A DNA stretch of 32,000 nt from Bacillus subtilis subsp. subtilis str. 168 (GTDB taxonomy: Bacteria; Bacillota; Bacilli; Bacillales; Bacillaceae). The stretch lies in contig NC_000964.3 of NCBI RefSeq assembly GCF_000009045.1, forward strand, positions 3,690,001 through 3,722,000, in the 5' to 3' direction. Below are positions 18,799 through 27,237 of the stretch, in pieces (position 1 is the first letter of the stretch; every line of letters begins with the position of its first letter). The notes under the pieces are model-generated. The model ran no database searches, was not told the origin of the DNA, and saw only the letters and a program-made list of their open reading frames with translations. The position numbers and the translations under genes were made by a program.

Positions 18799-19566
18799 TT
18801 ATTCAGGGCTTCCTTCAGTTGTTTCGATATCTTTCGCAAAATCAGGGTTATCCAGATTCGCATTAAAGAAATCCGCTGTGTTCGGAAGTCTGAGATTCAT
18901 GTTCATTTTTTGAGAAATCGTAACCGTGCAATCCTCAAGCACATAGTCAAAAACGTGTCCGCCTGAATTGCGTCCTTCGTCAATGAAGTGCAGGTGATAG
19001 CCAGAAACGGCGATTCCGTTTGCATAAGCTGGTGTCAAGAAACCTACAATCGTTCCTCTCACGTTGTCGAAGTTGAAAATCGGCTGTGTTTTGACCGCTT
19101 CAACCATTGGCACGTAAGGTTTTTCTTGAAGTTCTACTGTTCTTGTCTGCACCTTTTTAAACAATCCGTCAATGCGAATTGCATAAAATAAGTTTCTGCT
19201 TGGCAGCATGCTGTTGATCTCTTTTTCAAAGTCTTCGCGTGTCATTTTCGCATCAATTTTGTGCGTCATGTCCGGTGTAAAGAACGTAAATGAACAGAAC
19301 GGTGAACGGTCTCCATTTTGGACCGGTGTCGCGGTTCCGTCTGAGCGAAGACGGTAAAATTCGCCGTCAAACCCAATCAGCTCTCCGTCAAGCTTGTTAA
19401 AGGTTCCGATACCGAAGTCTCCATATTTCGGAATCTCTGACAGTTCAAAATCTCCGTCATATACTCCGTCTAATAGAGAAGTCATTGTTGATACTTGATA
19501 AATCTGGCTCACAGGCTGATCTTTTTGACCACGGCTGAGCACTTGAATGTTGCTTTCTCGTTTCAT
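18799..19566 (-). CDS. alsD: Alpha-acetolactate decarboxylase
   Basis: ATG 19566 gives 255 aa starting MKRESNIQ, preceded by AAAGGAGTGAAGGG. Full-length decarboxylase-family sequence. Confidence 0.93.
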   Translation of the reverse strand: MKRESNIQVLSRGQKDQPVSQIYQVSTMTSLLDGVYDGDFELSEIPKYGDFGIGTFNKLDGELIGFDGEFYRLRSDGTATPVQNGDRSPFCSFTFFTPDMTHKIDAKMTREDFEKEINSMLPSRNLFYAIRIDGLFKKVQTRTVELQEKPYVPMVEAVKTQPIFNFDNVRGTIVGFLTPAYANGIAVSGYHLHFIDEGRNSGGHVFDYVLEDCTVTISQKMNMNLRLPNTADFFNANLDNPDFAKDIETTEGSPE

Positions 19567-19627
19567 ATTTCCCTTCACTCCTTTTATTTAGTGCTGTTCA
19601 TAAAACAGTGTCGTGATGCGCAGAGTG

Positions 19628-21340
19628 CTAGAGAGCTTTCGTTTTCATGAGTTCCCCGAATTCTTTCGGAAGCTTGTCACTTGCTAAATTAATGTTATCA
19701 CTGTAGTCAACCGGGACATCGATGATGACAGGACCTTCAGCGTTCATGCCTTGACGCAGAACATCTGCCAGCTGGTCTGGTGATTCTACGCGCAAGCCAG
19801 TTGCTCCGAAGCTTTCCGCATATTTCACGATATCGATATTTCCGAAATCGACCGCAGATGTACGGTTATATTTTTTCAATTGCTGGAATGCAACCATGTC
19901 ATATGTGCTGTCGTTCCATACAATGTGTACAATTGGTGCTTTTAGTCGAACTGCTGTCTCTAATTCCATTGCTGAGAATAAGAAACCGCCGTCACCAGAG
20001 ACAGAAACCACTTTTTCTCCCGGTTTCACCAATGAAGCGCCGATTGCCCAAGGAAGCGCAACGCCGAGTGTTTGCATACCGTTACTGATCATTAATGTTA
20101 ACGGCTCGTAGCTGCGGAAATAACGTGACATCCAAATGGCGTGCGAACCGATATCGCAAGTTACTGTAACATGATCATCGACTGCATTACGCAACTCTTT
20201 AACGATTTCAAGAGGGTGCGCTCTGTCTGATTTCCAATCTGCAGGCACCTGCTCACCTTCATGCATATATTGTTTTAAATCAGAAAGGATTTTCTGCTCA
20301 CGCTCTGCAAATTCCACTTTCACAGCATCGTGTTCGATATGATTGATCGTGGACGGAATGTCACCGATCAATTCAAGATCAGGCTGGTAAGCATGATCAA
20401 TGTCAGCGATAATCTCGTCTAAATGGATAATTGTCCGGTCTCCATTGATATTCCAGAATTTCGGATCATATTCAATCGGGTCATAGCCGATCGTCAGAAC
20501 AACATCTGCCTGCTCTAGCAGTAAATCGCCAGGCTGGTTGCGGAACAAACCGATACGGCCAAAATATTGATCCTCTAAATCTCTAGAAAGGGTACCGGCA
20601 GCTTGATATGTTTCAACAAATGGAAGCTGAACCTTTTTCAAAAGCTTGCGAACCGCTTTAATTGCTTCCGGTCTTCCGCCTTTCATGCCGACCAAAACGA
20701 CAGGAAGTTTTGCTGTTTGGATTTTTGCTATGGCCGCACTGATTGCATCATCTGCTGCAGGACCGAGTTTTGGCGCTGCAACAGCACGCACGTTTTTCGT
20801 ATTTGTGACTTCATTCACAACATCTTGCGGAAAGCTCACAAAAGCGGCCCCAGCCTGCCCTGCTGACGCTATCCTAAATGCATTTGTAACAGCTTCCGGT
20901 ATATTTTTTACATCTTGAACTTCTACACTGTATTTTGTAATCGGCTGGAATAGCGCCGCATTATCCAAAGATTGATGTGTCCGTTTTAAACGATCTGCAC
21001 GGATCACGTTTCCAGCAAGCGCAACGACAGGGTCTCCTTCAGTGTTCGCTGTCAGCAGGCCTGTTGCCAAGTTAGAGGCACCCGGTCCTGATGTGACTAA
21101 CACGACTCCCGGTTTTCCAGTTAAACGGCCGACTGCTTGGGCCATGAATGCTGCGTTTTGTTCGTGCCGGGCAACGATAATTTCAGGTCCTTTATCTTGT
21201 AAAGCGTCAAATACCGCATCAATTTTTGCACCTGGAATGCCAAATACATGTGTGACACCTTGCTCCACTAAGCAATCAACAACAAGCTCCGCCCCTCTGT
21301 TTTTCACAAGGGATTTTTGTTCTTTTGTTGCTTTTGTCAA
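19628..21340 (-). CDS. alsS: Catabolic acetolactate synthase (ThDP-dependent)
   Basis: TTG 21340 gives 570 aa starting (M)TKATKEQK, preceded by AAGGAGTGAGGGTG. ThDP motif is [17 protein letters not shown]. Confidence 0.93.
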   Translation of the reverse strand: MTKATKEQKSLVKNRGAELVVDCLVEQGVTHVFGIPGAKIDAVFDALQDKGPEIIVARHEQNAAFMAQAVGRLTGKPGVVLVTSGPGASNLATGLLTANTEGDPVVALAGNVIRADRLKRTHQSLDNAALFQPITKYSVEVQDVKNIPEAVTNAFRIASAGQAGAAFVSFPQDVVNEVTNTKNVRAVAAPKLGPAADDAISAAIAKIQTAKLPVVLVGMKGGRPEAIKAVRKLLKKVQLPFVETYQAAGTLSRDLEDQYFGRIGLFRNQPGDLLLEQADVVLTIGYDPIEYDPKFWNINGDRTIIHLDEIIADIDHAYQPDLELIGDIPSTINHIEHDAVKVEFAEREQKILSDLKQYMHEGEQVPADWKSDRAHPLEIVKELRNAVDDHVTVTCDIGSHAIWMSRYFRSYEPLTLMISNGMQTLGVALPWAIGASLVKPGEKVVSVSGDGGFLFSAMELETAVRLKAPIVHIVWNDSTYDMVAFQQLKKYNRTSAVDFGNIDIVKYAESFGATGLRVESPDQLADVLRQGMNAEGPVIIDVPVDYSDNINLASDKLPKEFGELMKTKAL

Positions 21341-21401
21341 CACCCTCACTCCTTATTATGCATTTTAAACGTAAAATTTTAAATATCTTGTGATAAGTTT
21401 C

Positions 21402-21431
21402 ACTATACACTCTTTGGAAATTGACCTCCAA
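21402..21431 (-). promoter_or_regulatory. Candidate SigA promoter of alsSD
   Basis: Read on the minus strand: TTGGAG (21431-21426), 18-nt spacer, TATAGT (21407-21402). Confidence 0.45.
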
Positions 21432-21450
21432 TATCGATTCGCCTTATGAT

Positions 21451-21469
21451 TAATATGTAATACGAATTA
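21451..21469. promoter_or_regulatory. LysR-type T-N11-A box (AlsR binding-site candidate)
   Basis: TAAT-atgtaatacga-ATTA, a perfect TAAT-N11-ATTA dyad in the alsS/alsR divergent spacer. It lies about 45-65 nt upstream of the proposed alsS -10 element. Confidence 0.6.
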
Positions 21470-21497
21470 TTAACCTATGGAAAGGAATGCATATTGA

Positions 21498-22406
21498 ATG
21501 GAGCTTCGCCATCTTCAATACTTTATCGCAGTAGCCGAAGAGCTTCATTTCGGAAAGGCTGCCCGGCGGCTGAACATGACGCAGCCTCCTCTCAGCCAGC
21601 AGATCAAACAGCTGGAGGAAGAAGTCGGAGTTACGCTTCTGAAAAGGACAAAACGATTTGTCGAGCTTACCGCAGCAGGAGAAATCTTTTTAAATCATTG
21701 CCGCATGGCATTGATGCAAATCGGACAAGGAATTGAACTGGCACAGCGGACGGCCCGCGGCGAGCAAGGCCTTCTCGTAATCGGTTTTGTCGGATCAGCT
21801 ACATATGAATTTCTGCCGCCGATTGTCCGGGAATATCGTAAAAAATTCCCATCTGTGAAAATAGAACTGCGTGAAATATCCTCGTCTAGGCAGCAGGAGG
21901 AGCTACTAAAGGGCAACATTGATATTGGTATACTTCATCCTCCCTTACAGCATACAGCTTTACATATCGAAACCGCCCAAAGCAGCCCTTGTGTTTTAGC
22001 TTTGCCTAAGCAACACCCATTGACTTCTAAGGAATCAATTACGATTGAGGATTTAAGAGATGAACCAATTATTACTGTTGCTAAAGAAGCATGGCCTACT
22101 CTATACATGGATTTTATTCAGTTCTGTGAACAAGCGGGCTTCAGACCCAACATTGTCCAGGAAGCCACAGAATATCAAATGGTGATTGGTTTAGTCAGTG
22201 CCGGAATTGGTATGACATTTGTTCCTTCCTCGGCCAAAAAATTATTTAATTTGGATGTTACTTATCGAAAAATGGACCAAATACAGCTTAATGCAGAATG
22301 GGTTATCGCTTACCGCAAAGACAATCATAATCCGCTTATAAAGCATTTTATTCATATTTCAAATTGTCAGCAGACAAGAACTAAAGAGAGTGATGCAGGT
22401 ACATGA
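21498..22406 (+). CDS. alsR: LysR-family activator of alsSD
   Basis: 302 aa. HTH is MELRHLQYFIAVAEELHFGKAARRLNMTQPPLSQQIKQLE. Divergent from alsS. A possible promoter is TTGACC (21421-21426), N18, TATGAT (21445-21450). Confidence 0.93.
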   Translation: MELRHLQYFIAVAEELHFGKAARRLNMTQPPLSQQIKQLEEEVGVTLLKRTKRFVELTAAGEIFLNHCRMALMQIGQGIELAQRTARGEQGLLVIGFVGSATYEFLPPIVREYRKKFPSVKIELREISSSRQQEELLKGNIDIGILHPPLQHTALHIETAQSSPCVLALPKQHPLTSKESITIEDLRDEPIITVAKEAWPTLYMDFIQFCEQAGFRPNIVQEATEYQMVIGLVSAGIGMTFVPSSAKKLFNLDVTYRKMDQIQLNAEWVIAYRKDNHNPLIKHFIHISNCQQTRTKESDAGT

Positions 22407-22435
22407 ACAATACTTGCAATCTCTTTTTTCTTTTG
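22385..22435 (+). terminator. Possible intrinsic terminator overlapping the alsR 3' end
   Basis: TGCAGGTA (22394-22401) pairs with TACTTGCA (22411-22418) with one G-U pair. The stem is extended by AGAGAG/CTCT pairing and followed by TTTTTT. Confidence 0.4.
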
Positions 22436-22616
22436 GGATTCTTATGGAATTTTTATTAATTTAATATAATCGCTTAGTACAACTTTATATCAGTATACGT
22501 ATACATACAGTACAAATAGTTGGCAAGGACATCAGTAAGCGCAGGACATTAGTTTGATTTTAAAAATGAAAGATAGAGAGGTGAAGTAAATTATTGAGTT
22601 CACCGGCATATTCACA

Positions 22617-23945
22617 TTGCTCGCTTTTTTCGTAACAATGATTTTTATTTTCTGGAGACCAAAAGGACTAAATGAAGCTATCCCCGCCACATTTGGCGCT
22701 TTAATGGTTTTATTGTGCGGAAGTGTGTCATTGGCAGACTTAGGGGAAATCGGAACAAAAGTCACGGGTGCATCGGTTACAATCCTTGCCACTATGATTA
22801 TGGCCATTGCACTAGAAAGCTTTGGTTTCTTTTATTGGGTGGCTGCAAAACTGCTCCAACAATCCAAGGGTTCAGGCATCAAGCTTTTTTGGCTAACCAA
22901 TTTGCTCTGCTTTCTCATGACCATTTTCCTTAATAATGATGGGAGCATTTTGATCACAACTCCAATCCTTTTGCTTGTACTAAAATATTTAGGTTTAAAA
23001 AAACATCAAAAAGCCCCATATTTATTAAGCGGTGTTTTAATAGCCACAGCCTCTAGCGCACCGATTGGCGTAAGTAATATTGTTAATTTAATTTCTCTCA
23101 AAATCATTGGAATGGATCTATATCTTCACACCGCCATGATGTTTGTCCCTAGTATGATGGGACTCATTTTTATGACTTGTCTACTGTTTATGTTCTTTTA
23201 TAAACGTCTTCCCAAAAGCCTGCCAGATATACCGGGCCATTTTCAGTCTCTGCGGCATAGAAGGTACCATCCTCTTCATTCGCCATCAGCTCCTTTACCA
23301 GAACGAAATCAAACAAAAATCATGTTGTTTGTGCTTGCATTTGTTTTTCTCGTCAGAATGAGTCTATTTGCAGCATCATATACCGGTATTTCTGTTCCTC
23401 TAGTCGCTGTCATCGGATCTTTTATCCTGTTGAGCTGGAGATGGATTTATTTCAAAACCTCCCCAAGAGACTTGTTATATAAATCGCCTTGGCACATTTT
23501 TATATTCGCTTTTACTATGTATGTCTTAATTTATGGTCTGCATAATATTGGATTCACAGAGTTACTTGTGAGTTATTTTGAACCTGTGGTTTCTGGAAGC
23601 CTCGCCCATGCAACTTTCGCATCAGGTATCTCTACTTCAGTTTTTTCTAATCTCTTTAACAACCATCCAGCGTTAATGATCAGTACTTTTACCTTAACTG
23701 AAATGACCCTGAATCCTTCAACAACAAAAATCATCTACTTGGCAAATATTATCGGCAGTGATATCGGTTCATTATTATTACCTATGGGAACCTTAGCAAC
23801 GCTTATTTGGATGCATATATTAAAACAGCATGATGAAAGTATTTCATGGGGCGAATATATAAAAACGACCATTATCATCATTCCGCTGACTGTTCTTTTT
23901 ACGTTAACATGTTTATATTTTTGGATCAGTTGGTTATTTCTTTAG
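22617..23945 (+). CDS. ywrK: ArsB/NhaD-superfamily permease (arsenical-pump-like membrane protein); start codon uncertain
   Basis: 442-aa polytopic ORF from TTG 22617. The motif WRPKGLNEAIPATFGAL resembles ArsB N-termini. There is no SD before 22617. The only SD (AGAGGTG, 22577-22583) precedes in-frame ATT codons at 22590 and 22593. Confidence 0.85.
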   Translation: MLAFFVTMIFIFWRPKGLNEAIPATFGALMVLLCGSVSLADLGEIGTKVTGASVTILATMIMAIALESFGFFYWVAAKLLQQSKGSGIKLFWLTNLLCFLMTIFLNNDGSILITTPILLLVLKYLGLKKHQKAPYLLSGVLIATASSAPIGVSNIVNLISLKIIGMDLYLHTAMMFVPSMMGLIFMTCLLFMFFYKRLPKSLPDIPGHFQSLRHRRYHPLHSPSAPLPERNQTKIMLFVLAFVFLVRMSLFAASYTGISVPLVAVIGSFILLSWRWIYFKTSPRDLLYKSPWHIFIFAFTMYVLIYGLHNIGFTELLVSYFEPVVSGSLAHATFASGISTSVFSNLFNNHPALMISTFTLTEMTLNPSTTKIIYLANIIGSDIGSLLLPMGTLATLIWMHILKQHDESISWGEYIKTTIIIIPLTVLFTLTCLYFWISWLFL

Positions 23946-23960
23946 CACAGTATGAAACGA

Positions 23961-23995
23961 AAAACTGCCTTCTGCTTTTCAAGAGGGCAGTTTTG
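23961..23995. terminator. Bidirectional terminator between convergent ywrK and ywrJ
   Basis: CTGCCTTCT (23965-23973) pairs with AGAGGGCAG (23982-23990) with one G-U pair. AAAA precedes the stem and TTTT follows it. Confidence 0.7.
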
Positions 23996-24001
23996 TATAC
24001 A

Positions 24002-24679
24002 CTAGGGAAGATGCATTGTCTTTAGATGATTTAACTTCCAAATGACTGGCTCTCCACTTGCGTTAATAAGCTCAATGATATTATTAGAGACACCCTTTAA
24101 TAGTCCGACTTTTTCTGGCACCTCTCCCATATCAAATATGACCAATTCACCAATATTTTTTTTGATCTGCTCCTCAAAATTACGCACAAGAGGAACTTTG
24201 GAAGGCACGACCGGCAATTGTGAGTTGTCAAGAGTATACGGTGTTTGTTCAGTTGAATAAGGGGTAAACCATTTTAAATGATGCATAGATATAAAAAGTA
24301 TTTTAAATACGGGTGAGAAAAATACAATATAATCGTTTAAAACATTTGTAACATATCCATGGATCGATCGACCCCCAGTTACATAAACTTCAATAAACTG
24401 GCCTTTGACCTTGTTTAATGTATTTCTATATGAAAAAGCTTGAGTTTCTGCCTCTATCATTGGATCTTCCGGATTGATCAAAAATGGCTTCTCAGTACTG
24501 GTCACTATTTTCGCCTTGTTTATTTGATGAAGATGCAACAAGGGAATATAAAGATAATTGCAGCCATCAAAAATAACAAAAATATCCTGTCCGATATCTA
24601 TGAGGGTGCCGACAAACCTTGTATCTCCTGAAATGACAACCTCAACATCTGTGTTAAGGAATTGATTCAAACCTTTCAC
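24002..24679 (-). CDS. ywrJ: Protein of unknown function built from three CotB-like modules (CotB paralogue without the Ser-rich tail)
   Basis: GTG 24679 is preceded by AAAGGAGGAG and gives 225 aa. There is an internal threefold repeat (aa 4-56, 83-138, 167-223). It shares a G-x5-G...D/N-x-h...H-h-K pattern with the CotB N-terminal modules. Confidence 0.85.
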   Translation of the reverse strand: MKGLNQFLNTDVEVVISGDTRFVGTLIDIGQDIFVIFDGCNYLYIPLLHLHQINKAKIVTSTEKPFLINPEDPMIEAETQAFSYRNTLNKVKGQFIEVYVTGGRSIHGYVTNVLNDYIVFFSPVFKILFISMHHLKWFTPYSTEQTPYTLDNSQLPVVPSKVPLVRNFEEQIKKNIGELVIFDMGEVPEKVGLLKGVSNNIIELINASGEPVIWKLNHLKTMHLP

Positions 24680-24697
24680 GATTCTCCTCCTTTAACT

Positions 24698-24728
24698 GAA
24701 AAAGGGCATCACTTTATCTGATGCTCCT
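24698..24728 (-). terminator. Weak terminator or attenuator between cotB and ywrJ
   Basis: Minus strand reads GGAGCATCA-GATAAAG-TGATGCCC followed by TTTTT. The stem is 6-8 bp, so read-through into ywrJ is plausible. Confidence 0.45.
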
Positions 24729-24738
24729 CCATTATCTA

Positions 24739-25881
24739 TTAAAATTTACGTTTCCAGTGATAGTCTATCGTTCTGACAATCGTTTCATAGCTATAATCTT
24801 CCTTTTGTTTTCCTGAACTTTTTATTGAACTTGAATAGCCTGGTGATCTTGATGATTGATAATCTGAAGATCTTGGTGATCGTTTAGATGATTTTGATGA
24901 TTGATAATCTGAAGATTTTAATGATCGTTTAGATGATTTTGAAGAACTTTTTGAACGTGACGAACGGCCAGATTTGGATGATTGATAATCCGAAGATTTT
25001 AGTGATCGTTTAGATGATTTTGAAGAACTTTTTGAACGTGACGAACGACCAGATTTGGATGATTGATCATCTGAAGATTTTAGTGATCGTTTAGATGATT
25101 TTGATGAGCTATATGATTTTGAAGAAATGAACGAATTGCTGTCCTTATCATTATTGTCTTCCTGGTTTTGTTCATTTTTTTGATCCTCTTTTTTGTACGA
25201 CCCTTTTGGACCTAAGCTGATGCTTTTTATGTGAAAAGGATAGATGCGAAGCACCTCTTGATTTTTCACTATAGTATAATGGCCGTCGGCATTATCTACA
25301 AGGATACCCTCAATGGCTTCCGGACCTCCACGATTAATTGAAACCCATTTATGAGTCAGACTCTTAAAAACCTCGCTTAAATCATCAGCTTCCAAAACTC
25401 CAACTGGCGTCTGCTCTTCTATTTTCAAATCAGGCTCGTGTTTACTTATACTTTTGATGTGATGGATATTAAAATACACTACCCCATCCTCATTTGTGTT
25501 TAACGCAGCGTAATCATCTCCCAGCCAGACCAATCTTCCTTTTTTAGATTCCGGACCCCCTTGGTTAAATTGAACTGATTGGTTTATTAAATGTCCGATT
25601 AAGCTATGAAAATCATCAGCATCGAGCATTTCCTCAGTCTCAATTGTTGTGGTGCTATTATTGGTATCCTCAGTAATACTTTTCACATGCTCCAACTGAT
25701 AATAAATTATTTTTTTTTCAGCTTGTAAAGCTATATAATCTGATTTTACAGCTGTTAATTTTCCTTTTTTAGATTCCGGACCTCCACGATATACAGTAAC
25801 AATTTTATCTTTCATTGAGTGCAAAAAGTTATAATACGATATTTCATTATTTGAATGATATTTCATTCTCCTCTTGCTCAT
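24739..25881 (-). CDS. cotB: Outer spore coat protein B
   Basis: 380 aa. Three N-terminal modules carry GGPESKKG/GGPEAIEG. The C-terminal region (aa 253-357) is made of S/K/R repeats (SSKSSKRSLKSSDYQSSKSGRSSRSK). SD GGAGGAA upstream. Confidence 0.95.
   Translation of the reverse strand: MSKRRMKYHSNNEISYYNFLHSMKDKIVTVYRGGPESKKGKLTAVKSDYIALQAEKKIIYYQLEHVKSITEDTNNSTTTIETEEMLDADDFHSLIGHLINQSVQFNQGGPESKKGRLVWLGDDYAALNTNEDGVVYFNIHHIKSISKHEPDLKIEEQTPVGVLEADDLSEVFKSLTHKWVSINRGGPEAIEGILVDNADGHYTIVKNQEVLRIYPFHIKSISLGPKGSYKKEDQKNEQNQEDNNDKDSNSFISSKSYSSSKSSKRSLKSSDDQSSKSGRSSRSKSSSKSSKRSLKSSDYQSSKSGRSSRSKSSSKSSKRSLKSSDYQSSKSSKRSPRSSDYQSSRSPGYSSSIKSSGKQKEDYSYETIVRTIDYHWKRKF
24851..25110. repeat. 81-bp in-frame tandem repeat in cotB (27-aa unit)
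   Basis: Units start at 24896, 24977 and 25058, a period of exactly 81 bp. The two full copies differ at 3 of 81 positions. Partial copies flank them at 24851-24895 and 25058-25110. Confidence 0.9.
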
Positions 25882-26008
25882 TCAAATTCCTCCTAGTCAC
25901 TTATACATAGATGATAAACATACTGCATATATACGTGTCACATTTATTTGTTGAACTAATTCAATAGCCTAATTGTCGCTTTTTCCGCGAATACCCATTT
26001 TCACGCAT

Positions 26009-27097
26009 TCATAAAATACTTAAATGATCTTTGAGGTATTGTGAACGGTTTTTAATATACTCGCAGATCACATCCGGCTCACGGTCAAAACGCTCAATAT
26101 CATTCTTTTTATACGGGTCCATGAGGACAAACGGCCTAATCCGTTCATACATCGCCATGATTTTCGGTTCCATATATTCTATTGTAAAAAGAGATTGGAG
26201 CGTTTTTTCTAACAGGCGCTTGTAGGACTTGCGAAACTCGGATTCATCCAATATCCGGGCGGTTAGTGTATTAAATCCTTGAATTCTTACATAATCGGCA
26301 GCCATCCGCTCTCCATGGATATCCCTGCCCCAAGTCGCATCATAATCCCAAGGAATCACCTCAAATAATCCGGTTTCCCCGCTTCTGTATAATGCGTAGT
26401 TGTGGACAAACCCGTCATAGTTCGAGGTGAATACAATACCAGCAAGCCAGCGCAAATACTTATCGACATCCACGTGTTTTGTCACTTCTGACTTAAACTG
26501 AGCTTTAGGGACCGTATTAATTTTAAAAATCATATCTTGTAAATAAAAATCATCTTCCTCAGTCCCTGTTTTCTTTTCATATCCAAGCTCCAGCGATGTT
26601 TTCGTTTCCCTTTCTAAATCGCTCATCAGAGAAAAGTTGGCATCATCATCCACCGCATAAAAAATCGCGCCATCAGCCAGCTTCCTTTTCGCCAAATAAT
26701 ATTCATCTACGGATTCAAGTTCAAGATAAACCCCTTCATTCTTCCCATTCATCTTTACAAACGCAAACTCTGCCTTTGGAGACAGTGTCCCTAGCTCCGA
26801 GAAAAAATCCAGAGACAATTTGTTTCTCATCAAGGAAGGGTCTTTATACTCCGCATTTAAGTGAATCTCTCGCGCGCCGCGGAATGTTTTCGGCTGATAA
26901 AAGGAAATATGGTATGACTTCTTTTTGAAGTCTCTGATATGTGATCCCCGATAAGCGATATCAATATCCAGCCTTTTTTGATTTACCTTCATCACAGCTG
27001 GCACCGGATCATCGTCCCATATATCCTTTTTTAATTCACGCAAGTCTTTTGGATGAACAAACAGCTGATAAAGCGGTAAATTGGATTGATTCTTCAT
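26009..27097 (-). CDS. cotH: Spore coat protein H (CotH-family atypical protein kinase)
   Basis: 362 aa. AAGGAGG lies 7 nt upstream of ATG 27097. Full-length CotH-family sequence. Confidence 0.95.
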   Translation of the reverse strand: MKNQSNLPLYQLFVHPKDLRELKKDIWDDDPVPAVMKVNQKRLDIDIAYRGSHIRDFKKKSYHISFYQPKTFRGAREIHLNAEYKDPSLMRNKLSLDFFSELGTLSPKAEFAFVKMNGKNEGVYLELESVDEYYLAKRKLADGAIFYAVDDDANFSLMSDLERETKTSLELGYEKKTGTEEDDFYLQDMIFKINTVPKAQFKSEVTKHVDVDKYLRWLAGIVFTSNYDGFVHNYALYRSGETGLFEVIPWDYDATWGRDIHGERMAADYVRIQGFNTLTARILDESEFRKSYKRLLEKTLQSLFTIEYMEPKIMAMYERIRPFVLMDPYKKNDIERFDREPDVICEYIKNRSQYLKDHLSIL

Positions 27098-27237
27098 CCA
27101 TAATCCTCCTTACAAATTTTAGGCTTTTATTTTTATAAGATCTCAGCGGAACACTTATACACTTTTTAAAACCGCGCGTACTATGAGGGTAGTAAGGATC
27201 TTCATCCTTAACATATTTTTAAAAGGAGGATTTCAAA

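Noticed and set aside
21042-21368. 108-aa plus-strand ORF antisense to the alsS 5' end. Others lie at 19780..20111 and 20603..20918.
   Set aside because: Shadow ORFs inside alsS with no translation signals.
21494-21736. 80-aa ORF starting at TTG 21494, overlapping alsR in another frame.
   Set aside because: The alsR frame encodes a textbook LysR HTH. The alternative frame is Ser/Arg-rich nonsense.
22532-22807. 91-aa minus-strand ORF overlapping the ywrK start region.
   Set aside because: It is antisense to a membrane-protein gene and has no SD. AT-rich sequence produces spurious hydrophobic ORFs.
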